64,000 bases of DNA from an uncultured Syntrophus sp. (GTDB lineage Bacteria > Desulfobacterota > Syntrophia > Syntrophales > UBA8958): assembly GCA_964571695.1 (NCBI GenBank), contig CAZNDG010000006.1, positions 42,859 through 106,858 on the forward strand, in the 5' to 3' direction. Shown here one piece after another: positions 37,689-49,683 of this stretch (positions are counted from its first letter, which is position 1; each line of letters begins with the position of its first letter). The notes beneath the pieces are model-generated. The model searched no databases. It saw only the letters and a list, made by a program, of their open reading frames with translations, and was not told where the DNA came from. A program made the position numbers and the translations under genes.

Positions 37689-37718
37689 GCAACTGTCTCC
37701 TTTCCACAATGACCTGTT

Positions 37719-37747
37719 TAGATATACTCAAGCCGATGGGATGTCAA
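37719..37747 (-). promoter_or_regulatory. Sigma-70 promoter of the tRNA
   Basis: TTGACA-N17-TATCTA. Confidence 0.6.
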
Positions 37748-37788
37748 TAACTTATTTGGCACAATGATTACGCACCCTATCCTCCTCC

Positions 37789-39540
<1,752 letters not shown>

Positions 39541-39554
39541 AAAAATCCTCCACC

Positions 39555-41342
39555 TTATCCATTCGACAGCATGGATTTCTCTTTTTCAATAAGCTCTGCC
39601 TTCTCCGCGAGCAGCGTCCGGCAGGATTCCATGTCCATGGCCTGTTGAGCCCTGACCAGGGACACGTTCAAAGACCGGCGCTTCTCCTTGAACCACTTGC
39701 GTTTTATCTGCCGGATCATGTCGCGGCATACCCGGTCCGCGGTTTCCCCCTCCCAGGACACGGAATCGACCAGCCGGCCCAAAATCGCCTCTCTCAGCGC
39801 TCCGGGGCCGAGGCGGGCGATGAAATCCTCCAGATCGATCCCCCCATGCCGCTCATATTGTGCCGCCGCCGCCGTTCCCAGTCTTTTCAGTTCGTCGTTT
39901 TGCAGGTAGCTCAAGGCATCGCCGGTAATAACGGCGGGCATCATGCGGGGATGATCGAGAAGCAGGGCGATGAAGCTCGCCTCGAGGGCATCCACGGCGA
40001 CGGTGGATAGGAAGGTTTTTCCCCCCGCTTCCGGCCCCGCAGTCTTCTTTCTCCGTCCCCGGTTCACTTCCGCCTTGAGGACATCCTCATCGACGCCCAG
40101 CCGCTGGGCCACGCGCTTGATGAAGAGATTTCTCTCCGCATCGCTCTCCATATTTCCAATAAAGGCCATGGCGGCGCGGAGGGCTTCCCTGCCGCCCTCC
40201 ATGGACTCGGGGTTGCCGATAAAGCTATCCACGTAATACTCCACCGCCGGGGGCGCCGCGGCCACCAGGGCCAGGAAGGCCTCCCTCCCCGAGCCGCGGA
40301 CATAGTCATCGGGATCCGCGGCCGCAGGGAGCATCACCGCCCGCATGGGGAGGTTGCCCTCGACAAACAGCGCCAGGCTCCGGGCCAGGGCCTTTTTCCC
40401 CGCCTCGTCGCCATCGAAGACGACGGCCGCTTCCGGGGCATATCGGCGCAGAAGATCCACATGATCCCGGGTAAGGGCGGTGCCCAGCGTGGCCACGACA
40501 TTCCTGATGTCGGCGTTCCAGAGGACAAGAAGATCGAAATAACCCTCCACCAGGACCGCGTAACCGCTTTTCCGTATCTCCTCCCGGGACTTGACAAGTC
40601 CGTAAAGGTTCTTCCCTTTGCTGAAGAGCGCCGACTCGGGGGAATTGAGATATTTGGGCATTCCCTCCCCCATGATGCGGCCGCCGAAGGCGATGATCTG
40701 GCCGGACTGATCTTCGATGGGAAAGACAAGGCGGCCCCGGAAACGGTCATAGAAGTCCCCCCGCTCGTTTTTCGCCAGGAGGCCCGCCTGCTCGGCAAGG
40801 TCAAGGGACATTCGCTTCCGTTCCAGATAATCCCGTAGGTGACGCCAACCCGGCGGGGAATAACCCAGGCGAAATTCCTTTACGACCGCCTCGCTTATGC
40901 CCCGCTCCCGCAGGTATTGCCGGGCCGCGAGACCTTCTTGCCCCTCCAGACGTTCGGAAAAAAACGCCGCGGCCAGTCCGTGCAGCCGGAGCATCTTTTC
41001 CCGAAGGGACAGCTCCCCCTTTTCCTTATCGCTCAGGGTCCGGGTGGGAAGGGAGACGCCCGTTTTCCGCGCCAGATACCTCATGGCCTCGGGAAAGGAG
41101 AGGCCGTTTTGCTTCATGATGAAGGTTACCGCGTTTCCCCCTTCCCCGCAGCCAAAGCAGTAAAAGATCTGTTTTTCCGGACTGACGGTAAAAGAAGGCG
41201 TCTTTTCCTGATGAAACGGGCACAGGCCGATAAAATTCCGCCCCGCCTGCTTCAGGTTCACGTAACCTGCCACCAGATCCACGATGTTGATCCGTCTTTT
41301 GATTTCATCGATCTTGTCTTCAGGAATCGAACCTTGCATCAT
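39555..41342 (-). CDS. dnaG: DNA primase
   Basis: [15 protein letters not shown] zinc finger, KYLNSPE, VEGYFD, FDGDEAG, DPDD. Confidence 0.97.
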   Translation of the reverse strand: MMQGSIPEDKIDEIKRRINIVDLVAGYVNLKQAGRNFIGLCPFHQEKTPSFTVSPEKQIFYCFGCGEGGNAVTFIMKQNGLSFPEAMRYLARKTGVSLPTRTLSDKEKGELSLREKMLRLHGLAAAFFSERLEGQEGLAARQYLRERGISEAVVKEFRLGYSPPGWRHLRDYLERKRMSLDLAEQAGLLAKNERGDFYDRFRGRLVFPIEDQSGQIIAFGGRIMGEGMPKYLNSPESALFSKGKNLYGLVKSREEIRKSGYAVLVEGYFDLLVLWNADIRNVVATLGTALTRDHVDLLRRYAPEAAVVFDGDEAGKKALARSLALFVEGNLPMRAVMLPAAADPDDYVRGSGREAFLALVAAAPPAVEYYVDSFIGNPESMEGGREALRAAMAFIGNMESDAERNLFIKRVAQRLGVDEDVLKAEVNRGRRKKTAGPEAGGKTFLSTVAVDALEASFIALLLDHPRMMPAVITGDALSYLQNDELKRLGTAAAAQYERHGGIDLEDFIARLGPGALREAILGRLVDSVSWEGETADRVCRDMIRQIKRKWFKEKRRSLNVSLVRAQQAMDMESCRTLLAEKAELIEKEKSMLSNG

Positions 41343-41351
41343 GGGACGGCA

Positions 41352-41798
41352 TCAACCAGCCAGGCGCGACTTGACCTTCTCGCTTACCGCCTTGCCGTCG
41401 GCCCGGCCGCTGATCACGGGCATCAAAGCCTTCATGACCTTGCCCATATCCTTCGGTCCCGCCGCTCCGGTCTCCAGGATGGCTTTTTCGATGGCCGCGT
41501 CGAGATCCTCCTCGGAGAACTGCCGGGGCATGAACTCCTGGATCACCTTGAGTTCGGCGGTTTCCTTTTCGACCAGGTCGGTCCTTCCTCCCTTTTCGAA
41601 CTGTTCGATGGAATCCTTGCGCTGTTTCACCATGGAGGCGAGGGTCTGGAGGAATTCCGCCTCCGTAGTCTCCCGTTTGAGATCTATCTCCTTGTTGTGG
41701 ATGGCGTTTTTAATCAATCTGAGGGCAGACAGGCGAAGCTTTTCCCTGGCCTTGGCCGCCTTGACCATTTCCTCTTCCAGTTTGTTCCTGAGTTCCAT
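41352..41798 (-). CDS. GatB/YqeY domain protein
   Basis: KQRKDSIEQF..GGR.DL, KDMGKVM, RADGK. Confidence 0.93.
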   Translation of the reverse strand: MELRNKLEEEMVKAAKAREKLRLSALRLIKNAIHNKEIDLKRETTEAEFLQTLASMVKQRKDSIEQFEKGGRTDLVEKETAELKVIQEFMPRQFSEEDLDAAIEKAILETGAAGPKDMGKVMKALMPVISGRADGKAVSEKVKSRLAG

Positions 41799-41840
41799 CT
41801 CTTCTTATCCTCAAATATGGATTGTGGATTGCGTTGCTCT

Positions 41841-41868
41841 AAGTTATCCACCCTTCAGCGGTTGTCAA
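41841..41868 (-). promoter_or_regulatory. Sigma-70 promoter of yqeY-dnaG-rpoD
   Basis: TTGACA-N16-TAACTT. Confidence 0.55.
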
Positions 41869-41882
41869 CGAGAAACGCCATT

Positions 41883-42227
41883 TTATCCCAACTCGTCCGC
41901 CAGTTTTCTCCCCCCCAGCAGATGCATGTGGAGATGGAAGATGACCTGTCCCCCTTCTTCGTTGCAGTTGATCACCGTCCGGAATCCCCGCTTGTCTATG
42001 CCCTTCCTCCGGGCCGCTTCCTGAGCCGCCCTGATCATGGCGTCCACTATGGGTAGCGTGTCTTCCCCCACATCGAGAAGAGTGGCCAAGTGTCGCTTGG
42101 GGATGATCACCACATGGACGGGCGCCATGGGATGGATGTCATCGAATGCCAGCACCGCTTCATCTTCGTAAACCTTCCGACAGGGTATAACCCCTTTGAC
42201 AATTTTACAAAAGATACAGTCGTCCAT
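41883..42227 (-). CDS. hinT: Histidine triad nucleotide-binding protein
   Basis: DCIFCKI, GGQVIFHLHMHLLGGR. Confidence 0.95.
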   Translation of the reverse strand: MDDCIFCKIVKGVIPCRKVYEDEAVLAFDDIHPMAPVHVVIIPKRHLATLLDVGEDTLPIVDAMIRAAQEAARRKGIDKRGFRTVINCNEEGGQVIFHLHMHLLGGRKLADELG

Positions 42228-42309
42228 CGTTTCTCCCTCCTGTCGCGAGCTATTCAGCTATTGAATTCATTATAAAAACATCTAACGGGCCGTAAATGCG
42301 ATCCCGCTC

Positions 42310-43047
42310 TCAGCCGTTCATTCCGGCCTTCGTCCGGCGGACTGCCGCGGCCAGGGACAGGGCGCCGGTGTACAGGGCCCGCCCGGCAATCACGCCGATG
42401 ATTCCCGACGGTGCCGCCTCCATGAGCTTCTCGATGTCCGCCATGCCGCTCACACCCCCGGAGGCGATGACGGGCACGCCGGTCGCTTCTGCCAGGGCCT
42501 GCGTGGCCTCGACATTGACCCCCGTTTCCATGCCGTCCCGCTTTATGTCCGTATAAACCACCGCCGACACGCGGCAATCCCCATAAGACCGGATCAATTC
42601 AACCGCCGAGTGCGCGGTCGCTTCCGTCCAGCCCTGGACGGAAACCAGACCCTCCCGGGCATCGATGCCGAGGATGATCCGATCGGGAAAGGTCCGGCAG
42701 GCCTCCCGCACCAGCCCGGGGTTTCTAAGCGCCGCCGTGCCCAGGATGACCCAGCGGACGCCGATGTCGAGGTAATCGGCCACCGTCTCCAGATCACGGA
42801 TTCCGCCTCCTAATTCCACGGGGATTTCGATCGCGTCGATGATGGCGCGGATAGCATCCCGGTTACGGGGCGATCCGGCGAGGGAGCCGTCGAGATCGAC
42901 GACATGAAGGCGCTCCGCGCCCTGTTCCTGCCACTGCACCGCCACTGAGGCGGGGTGCTCCGCATAAACGGTCACCCGCTGGAAATCACCTTGAGCCAGA
43001 CGAACACACCGTCCGTCCTTGAGATCGATCGCAGGAATTACAATCAT
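42310..43047 (-). CDS. hisA: ProFAR isomerase
   Basis: IPAIDLKDGRCVRL.QG, LHVVDLDG, GGGIRD, YTDIKRDGM, IASGG. Confidence 0.95.
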   Translation of the reverse strand: MIVIPAIDLKDGRCVRLAQGDFQRVTVYAEHPASVAVQWQEQGAERLHVVDLDGSLAGSPRNRDAIRAIIDAIEIPVELGGGIRDLETVADYLDIGVRWVILGTAALRNPGLVREACRTFPDRIILGIDAREGLVSVQGWTEATAHSAVELIRSYGDCRVSAVVYTDIKRDGMETGVNVEATQALAEATGVPVIASGGVSGMADIEKLMEAAPSGIIGVIAGRALYTGALSLAAAVRRTKAGMNG

Positions 43048-43057
43048 TGCCACCCCG

Positions 43058-43092
43058 AAAAAAAATTTCGGAATTCCTCCGGGGAATTCCGA
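43058..43092 (-). terminator. Terminator-like hairpin immediately upstream of the hisA RBS
   Basis: TCGGAATTCC-N5-GGAATTCCGA then AA-T8 on the minus strand. Confidence 0.6.
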
Positions 43093-43200
43093 TCATTGGC
43101 CACGTCGGCGGGGCAAACGGTCATCAGGATATCCCTTCCTTCCCCGCGGCCACACGGTCTCCGATCAAGAAGGGACAACGGCCGCGGTTCCGGGTACCCG

Positions 43201-44031
43201 TCACTCCGGACGTGACTCCGCCTTCTTCTCTTCCTTCTTGACGACTCCCGGCCATCTGCCGACGATATCGGCCATTCCCTCCGCCGCCAACTCCTTCGCC
43301 GTCAGCCACCGCCCCCGATCCTTAACAAAATAGGAGGCACCCAGGACATTTTCCATAAGGGATTTCTGGGTCTTGTCGAAGACCCCCTTCCAGACCATCA
43401 TCCCATCCACGGTCCGGTACAACTGGATCTCAAAAAAAACCGAGGCCGGTTTTTCCACCGAATAATCGTAACCGCGCCGTTCCCTCCACCGGTAGAGATA
43501 ACCGACGACCAGGCCGTCGGCACCGAGTTCCATCCCTGCTTCTTTCAGGGCCTTAGGCAGGGTGGCCTTGAGGGAACCGGTGCTCACGCCTTCGTAGGTG
43601 CCGCCGACCCGGTCCGGGGAAACGAGATCGAACTGCGGATGTTTGGCCATCAATTCCATGAAGAGATCCTGGAGATACCGCTCCGGACTCCGGGGGTCGT
43701 TGTCCGTCTTCAGCACGGAGGCCGGAAGGGAACTGCGGGCGGAATAAGTCGCCACGATCTCCGGAGACACCTGCTGGAAGGGCATGACAGCCAGGCGTTT
43801 AAAGACGATGTCCCGGTCCCGCAACATTGATGTCGAGACCCCGCTGGCGCTCTGGCAGCCCGTGGTAGCCAAAAGCAGGGCACACAAGAGCAGGGGGAGA
43901 GCCGCCTTGACCACCCCGCACTGGTGATTCCGTCCCGGCACGGCGGCATGGTTTGCCGTAGATAAAGGGGATGGTTTCCGGAGATTCGAGATTTTATTCG
44001 CTGAAATGTAATTGTTCATGGGCCGATGCAA
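43201..44031 (-). CDS. Hypothetical lipoprotein within the his operon
   Basis: Hydrophobic stretch ending LATTG-C, LAVMPF, GADGLVVG, VWKG pattern; true start probably downstream of 44031. Confidence 0.7.
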   Translation of the reverse strand: MHRPMNNYISANKISNLRKPSPLSTANHAAVPGRNHQCGVVKAALPLLLCALLLATTGCQSASGVSTSMLRDRDIVFKRLAVMPFQQVSPEIVATYSARSSLPASVLKTDNDPRSPERYLQDLFMELMAKHPQFDLVSPDRVGGTYEGVSTGSLKATLPKALKEAGMELGADGLVVGYLYRWRERRGYDYSVEKPASVFFEIQLYRTVDGMMVWKGVFDKTQKSLMENVLGASYFVKDRGRWLTAKELAAEGMADIVGRWPGVVKKEEKKAESRPE

Positions 44032-44061
44032 GCTTAAAGAGAGGGGGTTTATAAAATAAGT

Positions 44062-44646
44062 TCAGAGCAGACCCTTCGTGGACATGACGCCCTGAATCCG
44101 TTCATCAAGCTGCACCGCGGAGCGCAGCGCCAAGGCAAAGGCCTTGAATACAGCCTCCGCCATGTGATGGTTATTCTTACCATAGAGGACATTGATGTGC
44201 AAGGTGATTCCGCCGTGATCGGAAAAGGCCTTGAAAAACTCCCGGAGCAGGGACGGGTCGAAGGCCCCTATCCGGGCCTCCCCCAACCCGGCATGATAGA
44301 CGAGGCAGGGTCGGCCCGAAATATCGAGGGCGACACTGGCCAGGCTCTCATCCATGGGGGCCAGGGCCGCTCCGTAGCGGGCGATCCCCTCCTTGTCGCC
44401 CAGGGCCTTTTTCACGGCGGTCCCCAGGCAGATGCCAAGATCTTCGACCAGATGGTGGTCATCCACTTCCCGGTCTCCCTGACCGGATATCTTGAGGTCA
44501 AAAAGACCATGCCGGGCCAGGAGATTCAACATATGATCCATGAACGGAATCTTCGTATCGATCTCACCCCGGCCGGCGCCGTCGAGTTCCATCTCTACGG
44601 AAATGTTGGTTTCCCGTGTCTTTCTCTTGATCTTGCCCTTGCGCAT
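44062..44646 (-). CDS. hisB: Imidazoleglycerol-phosphate dehydratase
   Basis: RKTRETNI, FMDHML, DDHHLVED, NNHHMAEA, STKG. Confidence 0.97.
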   Translation of the reverse strand: MRKGKIKRKTRETNISVEMELDGAGRGEIDTKIPFMDHMLNLLARHGLFDLKISGQGDREVDDHHLVEDLGICLGTAVKKALGDKEGIARYGAALAPMDESLASVALDISGRPCLVYHAGLGEARIGAFDPSLLREFFKAFSDHGGITLHINVLYGKNNHHMAEAVFKAFALALRSAVQLDERIQGVMSTKGLL

Positions 44647-44675
44647 CCTCCGTCCTCCCTGTGATTTGGAAAGGG

Positions 44676-45548
44676 TCAGATAACCTTGTTAAGGGCGTAC
44701 TCGATGATTCCTTCGGCCCCCGCCTCCTGGAGAATGGGAATCAAATCCCTGACTATGGCGCTGTCCACGATCGTCTCCACGGCATACCATTCTTCGGAAT
44801 AAAGGCTGGAAATCGTCGGCGCCTTCAAAGACGGCAGCACCAGGATCACCCGGCCCAAATTCTCCTTGGCGACATTGAGTTTCAGACCCACCTTCCCCAT
44901 CGCCTGGAGGGATCCTGTAAGGAGGGTCTTGATCTGATCGATCTTCTGCCTCTTCCAGGGGTCTTCCCAGGCGAGGCGATTGGCGATCAACTGCGTATTC
45001 GTTTTCATCAATTCATGAATGATCTTGAGTTTGTTGGCCCTGATCGTCGATCCTGTTTCCGTGACCTCGACGATTGCGTCCACCAGTCCCTCCACGACTT
45101 TGGCTTCCGTGGCCCCCCAGGAAAATTCCACGTGGACATCGATCCCCCGTTCCCGAAAATAATTTTTTGTGAAATTGACCAGTTCGGTGGAGATGCGCTT
45201 TCCCTCCATGTCCGCTATGGATTCGATCTCCGAATCCTGCCTGACCACCAGAACCCACCGGGATTGCCGCGCCGACACCTTCGAATAAATCAGGTCCGTC
45301 ACCGTCACCACATCGGAATCGTTCTCCACGATCCAGTCCCGGCCCGTCAGCCCCAGATCGAGGATGCCCTCTTCCACGTATCGCGACATCTCCTGGGCCC
45401 GCACGAGGATGCAGGTTATCTCCTCATCGTCGATATCCGGGAAATAGTTCCTGCTGTCATAAGTGATGCGCCAGCCCGCCCGCTTGAACAGGTCCACGGT
45501 GCTGGCCTCCAGAGAGCCCTTGGGTATTCCCAGCCGCAACGTATTCAT
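44676..45548 (-). CDS. hisG: ATP phosphoribosyltransferase (long form)
   Basis: [35 protein letters not shown]-terminal domain. Confidence 0.96.
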   Translation of the reverse strand: MNTLRLGIPKGSLEASTVDLFKRAGWRITYDSRNYFPDIDDEEITCILVRAQEMSRYVEEGILDLGLTGRDWIVENDSDVVTVTDLIYSKVSARQSRWVLVVRQDSEIESIADMEGKRISTELVNFTKNYFRERGIDVHVEFSWGATEAKVVEGLVDAIVEVTETGSTIRANKLKIIHELMKTNTQLIANRLAWEDPWKRQKIDQIKTLLTGSLQAMGKVGLKLNVAKENLGRVILVLPSLKAPTISSLYSEEWYAVETIVDSAIVRDLIPILQEAGAEGIIEYALNKVI

Positions 45549-45919
45549 TTATAGACTTCCTCCGGATCGAATATCTTCTCGCCGCACACTTCCAGCCCGC
45601 CGGCGGCGATCCGGCGATAGAAGCAGGAGCGGTATCCCGTATGGCAGGCCGCCCCGCCCCGCTGCCGGACCTTGAGCAGCACGGCATCCAGATCGCAATC
45701 GATCCGGATTTCTTTGATCTCCTGAACGTTTCCCGAGGTTTCCCCCTTCACCCACAAGGTCTGCCGCGATCGGCTCCAAAAGGTCGCCAGACCCGTCGCC
45801 AGCGTCTTTTCCCATGACTGCCTGTTCATATAGGCCAGCATGAGCACCTCGCCCGTTTCATCATCCTGAACAACGGCCGGCACCAAGCCGCCAGCCCGAT
45901 CAAAATCCGGCGATATCAT
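45545..45919 (-). CDS. hisI: Phosphoribosyl-AMP cyclohydrolase
   Basis: [37 protein letters not shown]. Confidence 0.96.
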   Translation of the reverse strand: MISPDFDRAGGLVPAVVQDDETGEVLMLAYMNRQSWEKTLATGLATFWSRSRQTLWVKGETSGNVQEIKEIRIDCDLDAVLLKVRQRGGAACHTGYRSCFYRRIAAGGLEVCGEKIFDPEEVYK

Positions 45920-46111
45920 TATAATTATCTCCTCGTTTATCATAGTCGAACCGTTCCGGTTCTTCCTTGAATTGGGGGCGCATGGTAATAGAACACGCCT
46001 ATTTTATCAAGCTTTTTTTCTCAGACGCAATTTTCGCCTTGCCATGAGGTTCTTTTTTTGGTACTTTCCGTTCCATCCTCATTTCAATTGTTAGTCAAGG
46101 AGGCCCATTTT

Positions 46112-46423
46112 ATGCCCCTGCTCGTGGGCGGCGCCGTCGCCGCCATCTTAGGTCTGATCGGATTGGTCGTCTGGTGGCATCCCTTCGCCATCATCGTCAA
46201 AGGGGCGCTGCCGATCCTGATGATCCTCGGCGGCGGCCTGGCCATGTACGTGGGCTACGACGACATCCAGGAGAAGATCCGCGAGGAGAGAAAGCGACAG
46301 GATGACAAGCTGGAAAAGGCCCAGGAAGAGATCGATCAGATTCGAGCCAAGGCGGAGCTTTACCGGGAAGAGCTGGAACGCCTCCGGGTCGAAACGATGA
46401 AATCAAAGGAAAATAATCCTTGA
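46112..46423 (+). CDS. Small two-TM protein with C-terminal coiled coil
   Basis: LVGGAVAAILGLIGL..W and GALPILMILGGGLAMYVG helices; AGGAGG RBS. Confidence 0.75.
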   Translation: MPLLVGGAVAAILGLIGLVVWWHPFAIIVKGALPILMILGGGLAMYVGYDDIQEKIREERKRQDDKLEKAQEEIDQIRAKAELYREELERLRVETMKSKENNP

Positions 46424-46448
46424 CAGCCGAGGTGATTTACCCTATCAG
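46420..46448 (+). promoter_or_regulatory. Sigma-70 promoter upstream of the TRAP operon
   Basis: TTGACA-N17-TATCAG. Confidence 0.55.
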
Positions 46449-46762
46449 TTCCCCAGTTTTCCTTTGGAAAGAACCGTATATGCATTTAATGCCCAAGCAA
46501 ATATCCCCCGTTCGCATCCAAAGACACGCCTATATGTATTGATGCCTGCTTACCGTCGCAAGACGGGAAGGCAGGCCGCTCCCAATAATTTTTCCAGCCG
46601 AATCCCCATAAAGACAATAAGGAATCAAGAAGCGAGATGTTTTTTTCATCCATATATGCCCGGCGTCAGTTTAACCGTCATTTAACCCCATCGCCGACCT
46701 GCATCCGGTCGGCCGACGGGAAGGCAGGATCTTCCCGTCCAGGAAAAGAGAGGAGGAGGAGC

Positions 46763-47782
46763 ATGAAGAAGCAGTTCATCACAGCGTTATCAATCATTTC
46801 ATTAGTATGGACATTAAGTGCCGGCGTGGTGGAAGCCGCGACCTCGCTGACCTACAGCATCTTTTTCCCGCCCAGCCACGGGCAGGCAAAAGCGGGGGAA
46901 GCCTGGGCCAAGGAGATTGAAAAGCGCACCCAGGGACAGGTGAAGATAACCATTCTTGCCGGCGGTTCCCTGACCCCGGCGGATCAGGTCTATGACGGCG
47001 TGCTCAAGGGGATTTCCGATCTGGGGATGTCCTGCTTCGCTTATACCCGGGGGCGCTTTCCCGTCATGGAGGTCCTCGATCTTCCCATCGGCTACCCCAA
47101 CGGGCGCGTCGCCACCGCCGTGGCCAACGAGTATTTCCGGATCTTCAACCCCCAGGAACTCAAGGGAGTAAAGGTGCTATATCTTCATGCCCACGGCCCG
47201 GGTCTCCTCCACACCACCCGTCCCGTCGCCACCCTCGATCAACTCAAGGGGATGAAAATCCGTTCCACCGGTCTCAGCGCCAAGGTCGTTTCCTCGCTCG
47301 GGGCGGTTCCGGTCGCCATGCCCCAGGGTTCCACCTATGAATCCCTGCAAAAAGGGGTAGTCGAAGGGACGTTCGGTCCCATCGAGGTCCTCAAGGGATG
47401 GAAACAGGCGGAGGTCGTCAAATCCACCACCGACTGTCCGGAGATCGGCTACACCACCGCCATGTTTGTCGTCATGAATCTCAAGAAATGGAACGCCCTG
47501 CCCAAGCACATCCAGAAGGTTTTTGAAGATGTGAGCGGTCAGTGGATCGATGTCCACGGCAAGGCCTGGGATGACCTCGATCAGGAAGGCCGTCGCTATA
47601 CCCTGAGTCTGGGCAACAAGATCATCCCCTTGAGCAAGCAGGAGGGCGCCCGGTGGAAAAAGGCCGTCCGTCCCATGCTCAACGAATATATAAAAACCAC
47701 GACGGCCAAGGGCCTCCCCGGTCAGAAGGCGGTGACCGAAACGGAACGGCTGATCAAGAAATACGCGAAGACATACAAGTAG
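46763..47782 (+). CDS. dctP: TRAP transporter substrate-binding protein
   Basis: Signal peptide, LKGMKIR, GAVPVAMP, YESLQKGVVEG, MNLKKWNALP. Confidence 0.93.
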   Translation: MKKQFITALSIISLVWTLSAGVVEAATSLTYSIFFPPSHGQAKAGEAWAKEIEKRTQGQVKITILAGGSLTPADQVYDGVLKGISDLGMSCFAYTRGRFPVMEVLDLPIGYPNGRVATAVANEYFRIFNPQELKGVKVLYLHAHGPGLLHTTRPVATLDQLKGMKIRSTGLSAKVVSSLGAVPVAMPQGSTYESLQKGVVEGTFGPIEVLKGWKQAEVVKSTTDCPEIGYTTAMFVVMNLKKWNALPKHIQKVFEDVSGQWIDVHGKAWDDLDQEGRRYTLSLGNKIIPLSKQEGARWKKAVRPMLNEYIKTTTAKGLPGQKAVTETERLIKKYAKTYK

Positions 47783-47788
47783 GAAACG

Positions 47789-48271
47789 ATGCAGCGGATC
47801 GAAAGGTTCGTCAACAATCTGAGCAGGCAGGCAGGCCTCGCCGCCGGGACGGCGTTGATCTCGATGATGCTCCTTACCTGCGCCGACGTGGTGATGCGGT
47901 TTTTTGACCTGCCCATTCCGGGCACCTACGAGATCATCGGATTTCTCGGCGCCCTGGCCGTGGCCCTCGCCTTGGCCGCCACATCCCTGGGAAGGGGTCA
48001 TATCGCCGTGGACCTGCTGGTCAACCGCCTGCCCCAGCGGGGGCAAATCTTTCTGGACGCCATCAGTTCCCTGTTTGGATTGGCGCTCTTCGCCGCCCTG
48101 ACCTGGCAGAGCGCCCTGTACGCCCTGGATCTCCGGCAGAGCGGCGAAGTTTCCGCCACCCTCGGGATGCCCGTCTATCCCTTCGCCGCCGGAATAGCCG
48201 CGGGCTGCGCCCTGCTTTGCCTGGTCCTCGGAACCGAATTCGGCCGCTGTCTCCGGAGGATCGGTTCATGA
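47789..48271 (+). CDS. dctQ: TRAP transporter small permease
   Basis: ADVVMR, PIPGTYEI, GHIAVDLL; four TM segments. Confidence 0.9.
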   Translation: MQRIERFVNNLSRQAGLAAGTALISMMLLTCADVVMRFFDLPIPGTYEIIGFLGALAVALALAATSLGRGHIAVDLLVNRLPQRGQIFLDAISSLFGLALFAALTWQSALYALDLRQSGEVSATLGMPVYPFAAGIAAGCALLCLVLGTEFGRCLRRIGS

Positions 48272-49569
48272 CGCCCATCAGCGCCGGGATCGTCGGGTTC
48301 GCGTTGCTCATCGCACTCATGTTCCTCCGCATCCCCGTGGCCTTCGTCATGGCCATGGTGGGCTTCGTAGGCTTCGGGTGGCTCGTCTCCTGGCCGGCGG
48401 CGCTGAGCCTGCTGGCCAGGGATTTCTTCTCCGTTTTCAGCTCCTACAACCTCACCGTCATTCCCCTCTTCATCCTCATGGGTCAGGTGGCCCATTATTC
48501 GGGAATCAGCGGCCGCCTCTTCAACGCCGCCCATAAATTCATCGGTCACCTGCCCGGCGGCCTGGCCATGGCCACGATCGGCGCCTGTGCCTTTTTTGCC
48601 GCCATTTGCGGCTCCACCACCGCCACCTCCGCCACCATGGCCACGGTGGCCCTGCCCCAGATGAAGAAATACAACTACGACCCGGCGTTGGCCACGGGCG
48701 TCGTGGCCGCCGGGGGCACCCTCGGCATCCTCATACCCCCCAGCACCATTTTCATCATCTACGGGATCATGACGGAGCAGTCCGTGGGCAAGCTCTTCGT
48801 CGCCGGGGTCCTGCCCGGAATCCTCCTGGCCGTCCTTTTCGCCCTGGTCATCCTGGTCTGGAGCCGCCTCCAGCCCGGCCTGTGCGCCCTGGCCCCCAAA
48901 TCCACCTGGCGGGAAAAATTCGCCTCCCTGGCCGGGGTCACTGAGACCATCGCCCTGTTCTTTATCGTCATGGGCGGCCTCTTCATCGGCCTTTTCACCC
49001 CCACGGAGGCGGCGGGCATCGGCGCCCTGGGTACCTATGTCATCGCCCTGATCGGCCGCAATCTGACCTGGCGCTCCTTCGTCCGCTCCCTAAGCGAAAC
49101 GGTGCGCATCTCCTGCATGATCATGGCCATCGTGGCCGGGGCCACGGTCTTCGGCCATTTCCTGGCCGTGACGACCATCCCCACGGAAGTCGGCGCCTGG
49201 GTGGCCGGACTCCCCGTGCCCCCCGTGGCAATAATGGCCCTCATCATCGTCACGTATCTCTTTCTGGGCTGTCTCATGGACTCCCTCGCCATGATCATGC
49301 TGACGATCCCGGTCTTCTATCCCGTGGTCACCACCCTGGGCTACGATCCGATCTGGTTCGGGGTGATAATCGTCATGGTGGGCGGCATGGGGGTCATAAC
49401 CCCGCCGGTGGGAATAAACGCCTACGTGGTGGCGGGCATCGCCCGGGATGTGCCGCTGCATATCATCTTCAAGGGATCGGCCTACCTGATGAGTGCCATG
49501 ATCATCCTCACGGCGCTTCTTATCATATTTCCGCAAATCGCCCTCTGGCTGCCCGGTTTGATGGGATGA
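48268..49569 (+). CDS. dctM: TRAP transporter large permease
   Basis: IPLFILMG, GGLAMA, GTLGILIPPS, FTPTEAA, ITPPVG. Confidence 0.95.
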   Translation: MTPISAGIVGFALLIALMFLRIPVAFVMAMVGFVGFGWLVSWPAALSLLARDFFSVFSSYNLTVIPLFILMGQVAHYSGISGRLFNAAHKFIGHLPGGLAMATIGACAFFAAICGSTTATSATMATVALPQMKKYNYDPALATGVVAAGGTLGILIPPSTIFIIYGIMTEQSVGKLFVAGVLPGILLAVLFALVILVWSRLQPGLCALAPKSTWREKFASLAGVTETIALFFIVMGGLFIGLFTPTEAAGIGALGTYVIALIGRNLTWRSFVRSLSETVRISCMIMAIVAGATVFGHFLAVTTIPTEVGAWVAGLPVPPVAIMALIIVTYLFLGCLMDSLAMIMLTIPVFYPVVTTLGYDPIWFGVIIVMVGGMGVITPPVGINAYVVAGIARDVPLHIIFKGSAYLMSAMIILTALLIIFPQIALWLPGLMG

Positions 49570-49683
49570 GAAAACCCGGAGCGGGATCAAAAGAGGCCAT
49601 AACCAAAAGATCTTTTTGATTGACTTTTACGGGAACGGCATCCATAAAATCAATTTAAAACGACCCATTCGCAAGAATCGATT

